Part shown: positions 28,600 through 40,630 of the stretch, piece by piece
How the letters are laid out: every line of letters starts with the position of its first letter
How positions within the stretch are numbered: the stretch's first letter is position 1
NCBI GenBank assembly: GCA_036172245.1
Contig: JAYWIR010000041.1
Coordinates: 1,240,001 to 1,304,000, forward strand
From: Raillietiella orientalis
Taxonomy: Eukaryota
DNA: 64,000 nucleotides
Reading direction: 5' to 3'
The notes under the pieces: model-generated
Told to the model about the DNA's origin: nothing
Seen by the model: only the letters and a program-made list of their open reading frames with translations
The model's database searches: none
Made by a program: the position numbers and the translations under genes

Positions 28600-29250
28600 A
28601 ATTGTACAAGTATTGAGTGCTGCCTGCAAAGAGCTTGTAGCCCCTTGTAGTTTGTGTTTGGACACTTTTGTGTACGGTATGTGCTGCTGTTGTTTCTGCA
28701 CTGAGACTTCCAGACGAGTCAGCGAAGACACCTCTTCTCCGGAAGAGTTGCATCTCCAATGCGTTCAAGTTGAGCGACGATCGGATCGTCCCCGCACCTG
28801 TTGATGCTGCCCTCCACGAAATGTGGCGGAGGCAGTGTTCAGCGCTCCTGCATCCTGAGGACAGTGCTAAGGACTTGCTGGAGCGATTCTTCGCTCGCGG
28901 CAGGGTGCCAACGTGATTGCGACGTATTGCATCTGCGCCGCCGTCACGGTTCGGCATGTGTTGGAGTGTCGGGCGCAGAGAAGGGAGGTCACCCGCATGG
29001 CAGGCGCCTACAGGAGTGCGGCTGGGAGGTGGCCTCACCTGGAAGAAGAAATGGAGCTGGAGATGGGCGGCATTCTGGGTGGGTACTGAGCCAGACGGAG
29101 CGCCCGATGCCAATGATCCCTGTCCCCACTCTCCCTTTATTTCTTTATTTAGTGTCCCCTTCCCTTCTACTTTCGACTGCCCCAGCACACGACCTGCGTA
29201 TCTTTTTTCTTTTGTTTCGCGAACGGCTCTCCAAACGTGTTTGATTATTT
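28600..29250 (+). mobile_element. L1/Tx1 LINE 3' end remnant (zf-RVT region plus 3' UTR)
   Basis: PCSLCLDT..C..RRV and DAALHEMWRRQC motifs. Downstream gatccctgtccccactctccc...tttatttagtgtccccttcccttctac resembles the reverse complement of the 13100-13205 UTR. Confidence 0.55.
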
Positions 29251-29605
29251 TTGCTATTTGCACGTCCCAGAGCTACCGATTGAAAAACTATGCAGACATT
29301 GATGTAATTCGTTCTTTTGTTTATTCTTTTCACTTCTTCACCCCCACTGCTTTCGTCTGCTTTTCCTTAGTGAGTCAGTGAACTCTCAGCCGTACATGTA
29401 TAAACTTATAAACAACTTACATTGTATGTCCGCATCAGTCTTGTGGGTGTGGTTCCGAACCGGCATCAGCTTCCATTTACTGTATCAACTGGGAACAGCT
29501 CGGACGCCCATGTCGTTCCCATCTCTTCTCAACCTCCACCTAGTGACCTTCAGTTCTTTGCGATATGAGACTGATCTCAAGAATCCTTGGAACTATTGAC
29601 GCTCA

Positions 29606-29958
29606 CATAGGAACCACCTTTTCATTCGTTCTTCCCATCTCCAGGACGCAGCAAAAGTTTGGTCTGCGGCGGCAGCATCTACGTGGTTTCAGAGGACTAC
29701 TCCCCTGGAGTCAGGAATCTTCTGGATGTGCAAGGAAAACATCGCCGAAAGGGGAATGAGATGCCGAAGATCTTGAACATGGGGTTCCTCTATAGAGGTA
29801 GAGGGACAGATCTTGTGCTTCAATGGAACTGTTGCTGAAAATTTCGAGACATCTGCACATACATGCTTCTTCATGGAGAACCGTCGATGTACACATCTTT
29901 TTGTCTTGCGGTTGAATTTGAATACAGAGAATGAATCTGAGCAGACGTCAAGAATCAC
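29606..29958 (-). pseudogene. PAN/apple plus C-type lectin remnant
   Basis: DVCS..FSVFKFNRKTKRCV (PAN end), ICP...(C)FKIF, and terminal WRWEERMKRWFLCERQ* (CLECT FxCE). Confidence 0.4.
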
Positions 29959-30432
29959 GTGACTCGCTGCGTGATCCCACGAGGATCCAGGAAACCTTCT
30001 TTACGAGTCTTCTCTCTTCAGCACCCATAAGACGGCATCATCCTAGTATTTCCTCTTCGGTTCACATAGCGCCGGAAAATCATCATTATTAAGGGCATTC
30101 GTTTCTTGGCGCATCTTCTAAGGGCTTTTCGGAGAAACGTTTCATCGTGCCGCTTCCCTTCCTGAGAAATCTGAATTTTGCAAGCGAACAGGTGAGCATC
30201 CGCTCTCCTTCTTCAGCCCCATAAGGTATGGGAAGGATTTACGACGAAATACCTTAATATATGAAGTGGGTACAGCGATCCGAACGTGCGACCTAGGGAG
30301 AGTGGCGAACGAGCAGGGTGAGTTCACTGACCAGCAACATCACACTCGTCAGCATGTATTCCTGCACCTCGGTTCGCCTACTACCCCGAAAATTGGTCGG
30401 GAGCAATCTGGGTTGCACCCTGGCTACATCTT

Positions 30433-30625
30433 CATGGTGCGTAATGATAGGGAACCCTTCCGCGATCCCGAAGCTCGTTTGCGTCCCGCCATGATGCTGC
30501 CGGAAGCTGCATACTGTTGAACCATGCATGGCCGTTACGAACTTGAAGGAATCTCTGGTAGGGATGCGCACCACCCTGCGGTGCAAATTGGACGCCGGGA
30601 AGAACCGAAACGACCATCTAGTGGG
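30433..30625 (+). rRNA. Degenerate 28S (LSU) rRNA fragment, block 1 (non-functional copy)
   Basis: tgttgaaccatgcatggcc...gaaggaatctctggtagggatgcg...gtgcaaattggacg...gaccatctagt follows the conserved eukaryotic LSU core (ggtgaactatgcctgggc...gaggaaactctggtggaggtccg...gtgcaaatcggtcg...gaaccatctagt) with many substitutions. Confidence 0.7.
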
Positions 30626-30856
30626 TGAGCTCGACCCTGTCCTCCTCCTCCTCCTCGTCGTTATCTCCTTAAATCAACTCAGGAGAACTGGAGCCGACCT
30701 AAGAGGAGAGGAAAAGTGTCATCCGATCTACCTAAGCCAATTTATATGACCCTAGAACCATTACTTAACCTTTGGGTCACTGAACATCCGATGCGACGCG
30801 GAAGGAAGGATGAGGTAAGAAAGTCGCCGGGTTGCCAAGGCCACAGCCTTAGTCCA

Positions 30857-31078
30857 GTGAAGACGAACCCAATCAAGATACCATTGCCTAGCTCTATCTA
30901 AGCTTCCCGCAGAGTTGTTGGCGCTCGCCCGGGGAGGAGCACGGCCAGTGATTAAAGGTCTTGGGGCACCGACACGACTCGACCTATCCTCTAACTTCGG
31001 ATGGGTAAAAGGCGCGACTTGCTTGCTTGCCGAAGCCCCGGCTGTCGAGCGCCACCCGGCGGGCCATTTGGTCAGTGG
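30857..31078 (+). rRNA. Degenerate 28S (LSU) rRNA fragment, block 2 (non-functional copy)
   Basis: aagcttcccgcagagttgttggcgctc...tgattaaaggtcttggggcaccgacacgactcgacctatcctctaacttcggatgggtaaaagg...gggccatttggtcag matches the LSU core aagtttccctcaggatagctggcgctc...tgattagaggtcttggggccgaaacgatctcaacctattctcaaactttaaatgggtaagaag...gggccacttttggtaag. Confidence 0.85.
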
Positions 31079-34000
31079 GTGATGCTCCAAGCCACAACCT
31101 ACCCTCACCCCACTCCCCTTTCCTGCTTAACCGGAACTTTGGGTCGCTCCTGCATCCGATACAGCACGCTCATCAGTCCCCATGAGATGAGGGGGGCTGT
31201 TGCTGTTGGTTGCCACGGCCAGCAGGACGGCGGCAGGCGCGAAACCGGCGCGCCTGGAGTGCCGCTTCTCTACGTGACGTCATCGGTCGCCGTTGGGCAC
31301 CTCAATCAGCGCGGCGGCCAACGATGCCATCTGAAAACGCGAGACGCTTCGCGACTTAGAAAGGGAAAAGCGCCTTTGAAGCAAAGCGTAGCGAGGCCCG
31401 AGGCCGGAAGGTTTTAAGCGGTTCACACCGAAAGACTTCTACGACCAGAAAAGTCTGTTTTCTCCTTCAAACTCGGGGAACGCATTCTCCAGAAAGTCTT
31501 CGAAGACTCCTGGTTTTTGGAATGTGCACCTTGAGAGACGTCAGGACTGCGCCACTTCTCAAGAAAGACGCAGTCAGTAGTAACAGTGGCATACAGTGAA
31601 CACCAGAAAATGATCTCTTCGATCCATCTCATTGTGCATTCTGTGAATCAAGCAAAATGAATGTTCTGAATTTTGAAATGGAAAGTACATTGGAAAATGT
31701 AGTACAAAATCGAGGCAACCGAATTCATGCGCAGCACCATTTAAATTCTGAGGAACCAAACTGGTGACTGGAGCACTGGAAGGCCAAGGGTGATTTCGCG
31801 AGCTTTGCTTTCCCGGGAACTCTGTACAAGCTCCCTTCGTGCTCCGAGGCGTGAATCTTCTGCCGTGTCCCCCTAACAAATCGACCCTGCGTGAAGCTTT
31901 TAATATGGGATCGTTCTAATGCAATATGTGAAAAGAATAAGCCCAGTACAATTAATGCAGCAGGAAATCTGGTTCCAGAAATCCACGTCATAATCTCAGC
32001 TACAAATTAGCATGCATATAATCATATTTAATGGGATCCAGATGAGGATTGCGGAATGGAGACTGGATCCCATTTCCCAAGTGCGCAAAGAGTTTTTAAG
32101 CGCCAAGAGATCCTTCCTCAATCTGTTTCGCTTGAAATTGGATTAAAAGATAGCCGCACAGCTCTCAGATCGCAAATTAATTCAATCATTTATCTACCCA
32201 AGACACTTGCAACCTCCAATATTAGCATTTGTAGGCTCCTCAATTTACGAAAACTCCTGTCAAGTTAATGATGACGAATCACGGTTTCGGAATATATCGT
32301 GGAGTGTCACACATCGGGAAAGTGAGAAATCTGCATGCGTCTTTATGAAATCTGCTGTCATCTGACATGATTTTCGGGAGTCTGGGACGAAAATACTCTC
32401 GCAGATACCGTGCGAATCCATCCCTCTTTTCGGAATCGGTACGGATCCGCAATCAGATGGGGGTAGCTAATTCGCGGACTGGGGCATTTCGTCGCGGCGC
32501 AAGGCTGCTTTCGGCCGCCAGATGTTTCCAGCTTCTCTCGGAGATCCATCTTCTTTATGCGGAATCACTTCCATCCCTAATGAATCTCCCGAACGCGCAA
32601 CATTCCACGTGGCGTCGCGTGCTCGCTAAATCTCGGGATCCGCAAGTTCCCCATCGAGATGAAAGAGAAAGTAAACGTTAACTTGTGCAAGGCATGTTCT
32701 TACCGCTGTGAATTTGGCGGCGAGCGGCCTGCCCTCAACGAACTAGAGGCACCAACGAGGGCCTCTACTTCTTATGTGCATACCAAAAGAATTCTGCCAT
32801 ATCTCTAATTCTGCTGACGTTTGGACCTCCTAAAACCCAGCTTTCATCTGATAAGTCCTTGCTTACGTCCACGTTTTCACGAATTTATATTTCACGTCTT
32901 CATCCAGTGATCAGAATGCTCCGATTGGTAGAAAGGCTCATAAACACCAAGATTCAGGTGTGATGAGTCGCTTGAGTTCATTTTCAAATGCGGAAATTTG
33001 AAGTGCGGGAGTATCAAACTGTAGAGGGTCAACTTTCATGCTGAGGTGCACTTTACCTGATAATTCAGAACTTTCTAAAGATGAATTCAACTACACACAG
33101 TGAAACGTGGAAGCGCTGGCTGGCACGTATCTCGAATTTCCTAAACAAGAATATCAGCATGAATAATAGTAAAAGTGGTGTGGTTTGCGTTCAGAATGCT
33201 CAACATGAGCTCTTCGCCGCAGTCAAGTTTGAAAATTGTTCCATGACCTGTGAAAACGCGTGAATTCGAAAGATGGGTAACATTGGAGTATCAGGCGTCC
33301 ATTTGCGAGTGCAAGAAGCTGAAAATGAGAGATCTTTTGCAAGTCTTTCGACGACGTTCGTTCCTAGACGCCAGAAATTTAGTAACGTTGAGCAGCAAAC
33401 TCTGGGATTCAACTACTGGCACTTCCTGATGTATAATCAAAACGGGAAAAGGCATTACTTATATGAAGTCACGTCCCTTAACAGTCTCAATAGAATAAAG
33501 AAAGATACCGAGAAAAAGCTGCGATCGTTTCGTTGCGAACCCGTGATTGTCCACCTGTGGATACTGCGGATTTTTTCTGCTGCAAAAGATGCCAAAAAAA
33601 AAAAAACCATTTTTTTGATGCGCGTTCATCCAAAATCTGCCTTAAGGATGAGTGGCTCAAGGCTAATCGATCACTTTTAAGTGAAGCCATCAGCTCCACC
33701 ACACATATGCGCCCTCTGAAACACATTTGCAAATTGGAATTTTCTCTTCGTAAGTCTCGGAAGCTATCTGACATCCCAGGACCCTAAATATGCCATCAAT
33801 CAAAATAGCTTTGCAGATGATAAATCATCTTTCTTCTTCATTAAGAGGATCAGCAAGAGCACAAATCCAGACAGCGGCATTAGGGAACTTTCTGAAATTT
33901 GAACCACGTCGGAATGGTTCCTCATTCTCTCCCAACCGATAGGACCGGCTGAAGAATAAATAATCTCTAGGAGAGGCGACAAGGGAATCCGAGTTCCCTG

Positions 34001-35099
34001 GAGAGTCCGAGGCCAAGCGTTTGCCGAGAGCACGAAGTGATCTCACGTCCCCACTCACGCAGCTTCCAGCAGCTCGCGAAGACAACTCTCGGGAAGAGGT
34101 GGAGGTGAATCCGCGACGCTTGCCATGAAACGAGAGGGGAAAACTCCAAACTTCCTTTCCTGGAGGTCGGAATGGCTCCACAGGGTGAGCGCCTCATGAA
34201 CCGACCTTCCCCCAGCGAAAGGTCAAGACGCCCCCGCTTTCAGGAAGCTGAAGCGGCGGGGAAAAGACCACAACTGGGTGGAAGCAAAACAAAGGTGGGG
34301 GACGACGTTGTCTGCCTGCCCTGGGAAGCGAGGTGCGCATTAAGCCGTGAGGGTTCGCGGCTGGCCATTCCAGCTCTCCAAAATGTGAAAGAAACGCCTG
34401 AGCTAAACCCTAAGCCGAATGCTGTCCGAGGAGGTCACACGATTCGATGGGAGCGACACGATTTCCGGAGCATGTGTGAAGCGCACTGGGACGCCCGATA
34501 ATGCAGCCGCCTCTTTTGCGGTCGGCAGCGATGATCCGTTCCTTTCAGTCGACGGGGTTCGGAATATTAATTTCTCGGGATTGTCAAACCCGCCACCTCA
34601 CAGAGCAGCACCAACTGTGGAGAACACTCCGTGTTCCTCTCGTTCCTCTGAGGACTATTTTCGAAGGCGAAATCCGCACATGCGAGGGAGAGGAAAATCC
34701 CGAAAGGGTTTCAAATATCCTTGCGGACGCAAGATGTTCGCTTTTCGAAAAACAAAAAGCGAGAGCGAACCGGTTTCCAAGGTCGGGACCACTCCTGCAA
34801 TTTCACACGTCGGGAAGCGCACTTCCCTTTATAATCCCTCTGTTCTCTCAACGACCAGGGTTGGCTCGCGCGCGGTTTCGTGGATTCCCAGTACCCGCTG
34901 TTGTTCTTCAGGGGCACCTTGGTGACCTGACGATCATCACAAGAACTCTCGCTTGAGTTCCTGCGAATGAAAGAGATACCGCGTAGTTTGGTGCTCCAAA
35001 CTCCTGGAAAAGTAATGACGGTGGGCATAGAGAACCTTCCGTAAGAGCAGGTAAAACTGAGGAATGGAAGCAAAGGAAGAACTTTAAATTCATGTGATG

Positions 35100-36100
35100 C
35101 AGTGCCTGGCAGCTGGAGACAATGGAGACTTGGGCAAAGGTCACGCGGAAAAGCTCAGGACCAGATGCTCAGGACAGGATGCTCTCCGCGTCGGGATGAA
35201 GGACTTGGTCTCTCGACTCTGGAGCGAATAAAGCGCCAGCTCCAGTTCGGAAGACTGGCTTCGATGCTCAAGTCTTGGACCAACCACCGGTGCATCCCTG
35301 CCGCCTCCTTATAAAGAGTGTGGTCGACTGCGAAGTGACCTGCCTCATCAAAGAGGGATTCCTGCTTGCCTGCGAGCAGTAGTGCCTAGAGGCAGGAAAG
35401 AGTATGGATGCGGGCAAACGTCCACGAGCTCAGGTGATGGCGATTAGTCAACTACGGCCGCCGCAAGCGGGAAGACAATGATCCAGGAACAGAGCAAGTG
35501 GACCAGAGTGACAGCCACTTCCTTCTCTGACGCACTGTTCTCCCTACGGGGAGAGCCACAACAGCAACCGACCGAAGGGATGTGAGGTGACCTGCAAAAG
35601 CGCAGAGTTGTCGAAGAGACTCCACGGTAGCTGGTCGGCGCGACAACTGCCCGTCCGAAAGCACCACTCCGGCCGGGCGCATCTCCCAGGGACCCCCCTG
35701 CAAGTCTTGGAGCTCTCACAGACAGCTCCACACTTGCCCTGAGGTGGCGGCGCTCGGTGGCCGTGCTGGGGTCTCCCGCGCAAACGCTCTGCGGAGTCCC
35801 ACCAAACCGGTGGGGGCTGGCCCCGAGCTGTGCAGGAAGCGGAATGCTCTCCGTACCTGCTAGTGGGCTGCGAGATGGGAACGCCTCGCGACGGCCCTGC
35901 TGCTCCCGGCAGGAGACCACATGGGGACGCGTTGGAGGGTCTTGTGAGAAGCGCGGCTCTCCGTCGTCTGCACGGCACGGCAGCGGCGCGAAGCGTAGCA
36001 TAGAGAGGGCAGGGCGGGAGGAGAGCCATACCCACAATGACCTGCTTCTTGAGGAGGTCAACGAGGTGGTCTCAGGCGGTGGAATGCAAGCGGGAGCTCT
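35100..36100 (-). mobile_element. L1/Tx1 reverse transcriptase remnant
   Basis: Ordered, frameshifted RT motifs on -: LLKKQ (LIPKKG), SRPAL (RPISL), CGLLPG (GFxPGR), DSAERL (DxxKAF), SDGQLSRRPATVESLRQLCAF (NGxLSxxFxVxxGVRQGCP), AVVD (YxDD), HYCSQAS (YxxASG). Confidence 0.65.
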
Positions 36101-36769
36101 CCAGACTGAAGCACAGGATGCAAACGACCACAGGGAAACACCGACCTTCCTTCCTTCCTCGATACCTGTATTTTCTGCTCTTCTTCTTTTTCCTTTTTGG
36201 CTGAGGAGAACCTCAACGGCCAGTTTATTGAGAAATCCTCGGACTTTCGCTGGACCGTTTTTTTCATTTTTCCACGTTCGTCGTCCTTCTTTACAATAAA
36301 TGAAGTCACCGCCTCATCGCGGATCTCCCTACCATTTATTTATTTAAAAAAAATAAATGAAGTTTTTACAATATGTAAGGGGTCGGCACGTGCAGCCCCG
36401 AAACAGGAGTGGTTGAACCTCATTGGGGAAGGAACTGGGAAGGACTGAAGTGGGGACCGATGATGAAATAAATAGAAACTAGAGATGCGCCGGTTTCACT
36501 GTGCCGGACGTTCTGCCCAAGGGCCTGCGTCGGGCGGTGGAGGAATGGAAGGGAGGAAGGGGTGAGTCTTCACCGGTGTCGGGTCAGTCCGCCCGCAATC
36601 ACCCGAAGGCTCCCTCGTCACGGACTGGGCCGCTCCGACGTCCCTTGCACGCAGGCGATGGCGATCGCGCACTCCTCCTCGACCGCGCCCTTCCCTATCG
36701 GCGGCCACCGCTCGCACCACATGGCAGGGTTGTTGTTGGTAGTCGACGAAAGTGTGTTCTTGACAAAGC

Positions 36770-37130
36770 ACGGCTCGTACAAAGCAGACTGCTCGCAAGA
36801 GTACTGGCGGTAAGGCGCCGAGGAAGCAGTTGGCAATGACGTCGGCTCTCAAGAGTGCTCCAGCTACAGGAGGTGTGAAGAAGCCTCACCGCTACTGGCC
36901 AGGGCACTGTTGCCTTGCGAGAGATCCGCCGTTATCAGAAGAGCACCGAGCTGCTGATCCGCAAGCTGCCTTTCCACCGTTTGGTACGCGAGATAGCCCA
37001 AGATTTTAAAACGGACTTGCGTCTCCAAAGGTCGGCCGTGTTGGTTCTGCAAGAGGCTAGCGAAGCCTATTTGGTTGACCTCTTCGAAGATACAAACCTG
37101 TGCACCATCCATGCCAAGCGCGTGACCGTT
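36770..37130 (+). pseudogene. H3: Histone H3 pseudogene (H3.2-like, animal type), 3'-truncated
   Basis: Reads (ACG instead of ATG) [44 protein letters not shown], then a +1 frameshift near 36900-36906, then [75 protein letters not shown]. Homology stops before the C-terminal MPKDIQLARRIRGERA. Lost start, frameshift and substitutions at invariant residues. Confidence 0.96.
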
Positions 37131-37716
37131 AGAGTCGCCAGTGAGATGGTAGCCAGAGAGCCTGGAGGTGCGGAGGTTTCGGGTGGATGGCTGCCCGGGG
37201 AACTCAAGCAGCGCCTCGGCGGTGTCCCTGCGTCGCTGACGCAGCCTCTCGCATTCCGGCAGCAAATGGGCAGGGACCTCCACTGTACCGCACCCTTTCC
37301 ACCAAGGTGTGGTGGCGATCCTCGTTGAGGAGAAGCGCCCACTGTCGCGGCAACGTGGCAGCTGTCTTGGTGACGAAGAGGAAGGACGGAGGTATGGACC
37401 AGCAGGCGTTGTCGTGAACGGAAGTGAAGGCAGTGTGCTTGGTGTATGGAGAATCGTCGAACACAGTTCTTAGATTCTGTAGATGACCAACATAAATTCT
37501 CTGAGATGAATGTCGACCACCACGTCTTCCCCCCACGCCACACATCGATACCTGTATTCTCAGGTGGCAATGTGTGCAGCGCTGCGACCGGTTTTCCCGA
37601 GAAGGGTGGGTAAGGTGGAGGGTGAAGGAGGCATCAGAAACGTGGGACCTGGTGCATCGGGACAAGGACCCGCAGTCGACTTTCGCAAGATCTCTCTGGG
37701 GTTCGCGACGCAACAC
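37131..37716 (-). mobile_element. LINE ORF1 (gag-like) remnant abutting the H3 pseudogene
   Basis: ORF 37204-37716(-) ends [14 protein letters not shown]...QGHRRG, similar to the L1/Tx1 ORF1 pattern VxYxGQPxxCxxC...GH. GC-rich, and begins exactly where H3 homology ends. Confidence 0.5.
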
Positions 37717-39246
37717 CGGAGATGAACTTTGGAGTTTTTTTTTTTTTTTTTAGAAATGGGGGTTCGCCTCGCGTTCGTACCGACTCGGGCACACATCCCA
37801 GTGAAATCTCAAGGAGTCTTCCCGTTCGCTTCGTTCCACCGGGGCCTCAGAAACGACCTCCGCTCCGGGGATCGTTTCTGAGTCGGCGCGACTTCACGTG
37901 GGAGCAGATGAAAGATGTTGAGCGATCCTGTGAACAGGGACAGAGATCGCCTCTGATGTAGGCACGAGGATGATCGCCTTTTTCGAATCCAGAGGGGTCG
38001 CGTTCCGGGAGCATGCCTTCCAGGTAGGCAACCAAATGTAGAAGGGAGACCCAACAGTTGTGATTGAAATCTGCTGCATACCAAAGGTCGAGCGGTTGTG
38101 TCGTACAAATCATCTTGAGTTCGGAAAAGAACCGAAAGCCTCTTTTGTGCGGTATGCTTTGTAGACGAATCGTTTTTTTTTTTTTTTTTTAAAAAAAAGC
38201 ATTTTTTTGCCTCCTACAAGTAATCCATGAGTTTCCCTTGAGCAGCCATCATTTTTTGCATCATTCTTCAAAACAGTCTTTTGTTTCGACAATGATAAAA
38301 GCGTTGACAGTTTCCCAGACGAGGAGGAGGGAAAGAATGAAGACTGGAAGTGCTCCTGTAAACAACTACTTGCGTCAGAAACTTTTTTTAGAAAAAAGAA
38401 AGAAAAGAAAAAGGAAAGGGATAAAAAGATCCAATAAAAGCGGTGATAACGGGGGTCGCTTCTCCCACTGATCACAGGAATTTTCCGTTAAGAAACCTCC
38501 CTCAGATTTATAATACGAATTTTTGGGCCCGCCTTTGGAACGTCGAACCTCTTTAACACTCAGGAATCCTGATCACCACATGGAATAAATAATCCTTGCC
38601 CTTCAGTGGAGCGTGGTATCTTTTTTATCTTTCTGTGTTTTTCAGAGAGTTCCAAGAGACCTCAGTCTCTCGACCATCGGACGAATCCGGTTTGCAAAGA
38701 GGAAGAAAGAGGTGAAGAGAATTGTGAGATCTGATCTGCGTCTCGCCATCGCAGCATCTGTGTCTTGAATGGTTTATCGGTGAGTTCGGTAAGTGATGTT
38801 CAAAGCTCGTGAATATTCCCTGCGGTTTCGAAAAAACTGCAAATCTTATCGAAATACTTTACTCGATAATGTTCCTTATGAAGTGCACGGGTTCAAGCAT
38901 CCCGCACCTTGCATCCTCATGCGGTTCTCCGGGAGGCAGAAGATGGATTTCCCCACGAAAAGTGCACGAGCTGGAAGATCTGGATTCCTTCTTGCTACAG
39001 CACTGCAACTAGAATGCCATTGCCAACCTGGAAATGCCCTCGAGGCTTCAGTCGGTTTCCAAAGCGACCGTTTTCCAATAATTAAGCATGCCCCGAAAAA
39101 CAAAAGCCAAAAAAAAAAAAGAGAAAGAAAAAAAGAAAAGAAAGGAATGCAATCGATCGATATTTCTGTGAGTTGAGAGGACTGCAAAAAAAAAACCTGC
39201 ATGCAGCGTGCGCACCTGAGAAACGCATGCGGAGCGCGGTGAACGG

Positions 39247-39828
39247 GTGCAAGCGGGGAAGAGCAGAATGGTGGACTTCCAGCAACGACTCCAGCGAGGT
39301 ACGAGATGCGTTCATTCTTACGTGGATGACGCATCCACTAGCAGCAGCGGGATCTGTTCCAGAGAAACGAAGAGCAAAGGATCTCGGACTTATTCGCACT
39401 TCGTCCTGTCCTCCCTTCACCCTCGTTCTTCGAAACTCATTTCCGGACAGCATTTTAGGTGGAGGCTCGAAGAGCAGAAGATCTCTGCGATGAGCGGTGA
39501 GAGCCGCGATGGTCAGGCGATGAGCAGCTGTTTCAGCAAGCAAAGGCGGTTTCCACGGGAGAGATGCAGGGCAGTTCGAGGATTTCGGAATCGAGCGCTC
39601 GCGGAGCAACATTTCTTGAGTGAAGGCGAACAAAGAGCAATGCGTGCCAAGAGCGACGGTTTCGCTTCGGAACTCCGCTCCCGTTTGGAAATGACGCGGG
39701 GGGATTTGTGGTCTGGGACGCGCTCTCACCTAGTCCTCGACTCGATGGCGGGGGATTGCCGCTGCCGTCGAAGGGTCCTTCTCGACCCTCCGCGGTGCAC
39801 CGATAGGGGAGGGGGCGCCCTGCCGTAA
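39247..39828 (+). mobile_element. Non-LTR RT C-terminal remnant
   Basis: 193-aa ORF containing VHSYVDDA (YxDD), HPRSSKL (NxxKSxL-like) and a later LWSG (FxWxG-like). Confidence 0.4.
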
Positions 39829-40344
39829 GATTATTCGCGGAGGATCTGGCATCCCTGGGGCGGTAATCGATCCCCGGGTCCTCCGGACGGGAACGATTTC
39901 TTCCTTCCTCTGGCTGCAGCTCGCGATCAAGTCGGTGGATTCGGACGTCAAGTTGCCCTCAATGCCACGGGCGAGCTCCGCTACCGATGACGTACCGGGT
40001 TAGACGTTTGGGAAGGAGGGAGCCGTGCGGGCCGACCTGCTCTTGGAACGACCCTGGCCTCGGTCGCTGCGGAGGAACGTGGAACGTCCGCGGAGTCGCA
40101 AGCAGACGGAGACCTTGGTGGCCACGGTCAATCTCACAGGAGGCGTTCCACCGCGTCATGGCCCGGAGCTCCCTCCGCAGCTGCTAGGATGCCTCGGCCT
40201 CCAGGAACAGCTGCTGCTGGTCCGCACGAGAGCCACCTGGGACTCGACACAGTTGCAGACCTTCGCTCCAGAGGCCACCACAGCACGGACGTGGGGTCTG
40301 AGCTGCTCGGAACCTGTTCCGGGTCGGCCGCGGGGAGACTGGAC

Positions 40345-40630
40345 GAAGAAGCAGGGAAGGAAAGAGATGGAAGGGGGAGAAAAATGGAGGATGGGAGGAG
40401 GGGGCGGAAGGAATAGAGGATGATGAGGAGGAACAAGAAGGAAGTTGGGAAAATAAATGAGGAAGGAGAGAGGACAAAGAAATGGGGGACCAAGAAGAGG
40501 AGGAAGTAGAGGAAAGAAGTGGACTGATGGAAGGGGGAGGTAGAGGTAGACACGGGGGGGGGGGATGGAGGGGAAGAAGTAAAAGAGTAGGGAGGGAGCA
40601 GGAGGGGGGATAAACTGAGGATTAGGAAGA
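40345..40630 (+). repeat. Purine-rich (GA) low-complexity tract
   Basis: Predominantly G/A, including a G-run near 40553-40564. Confidence 0.9.
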
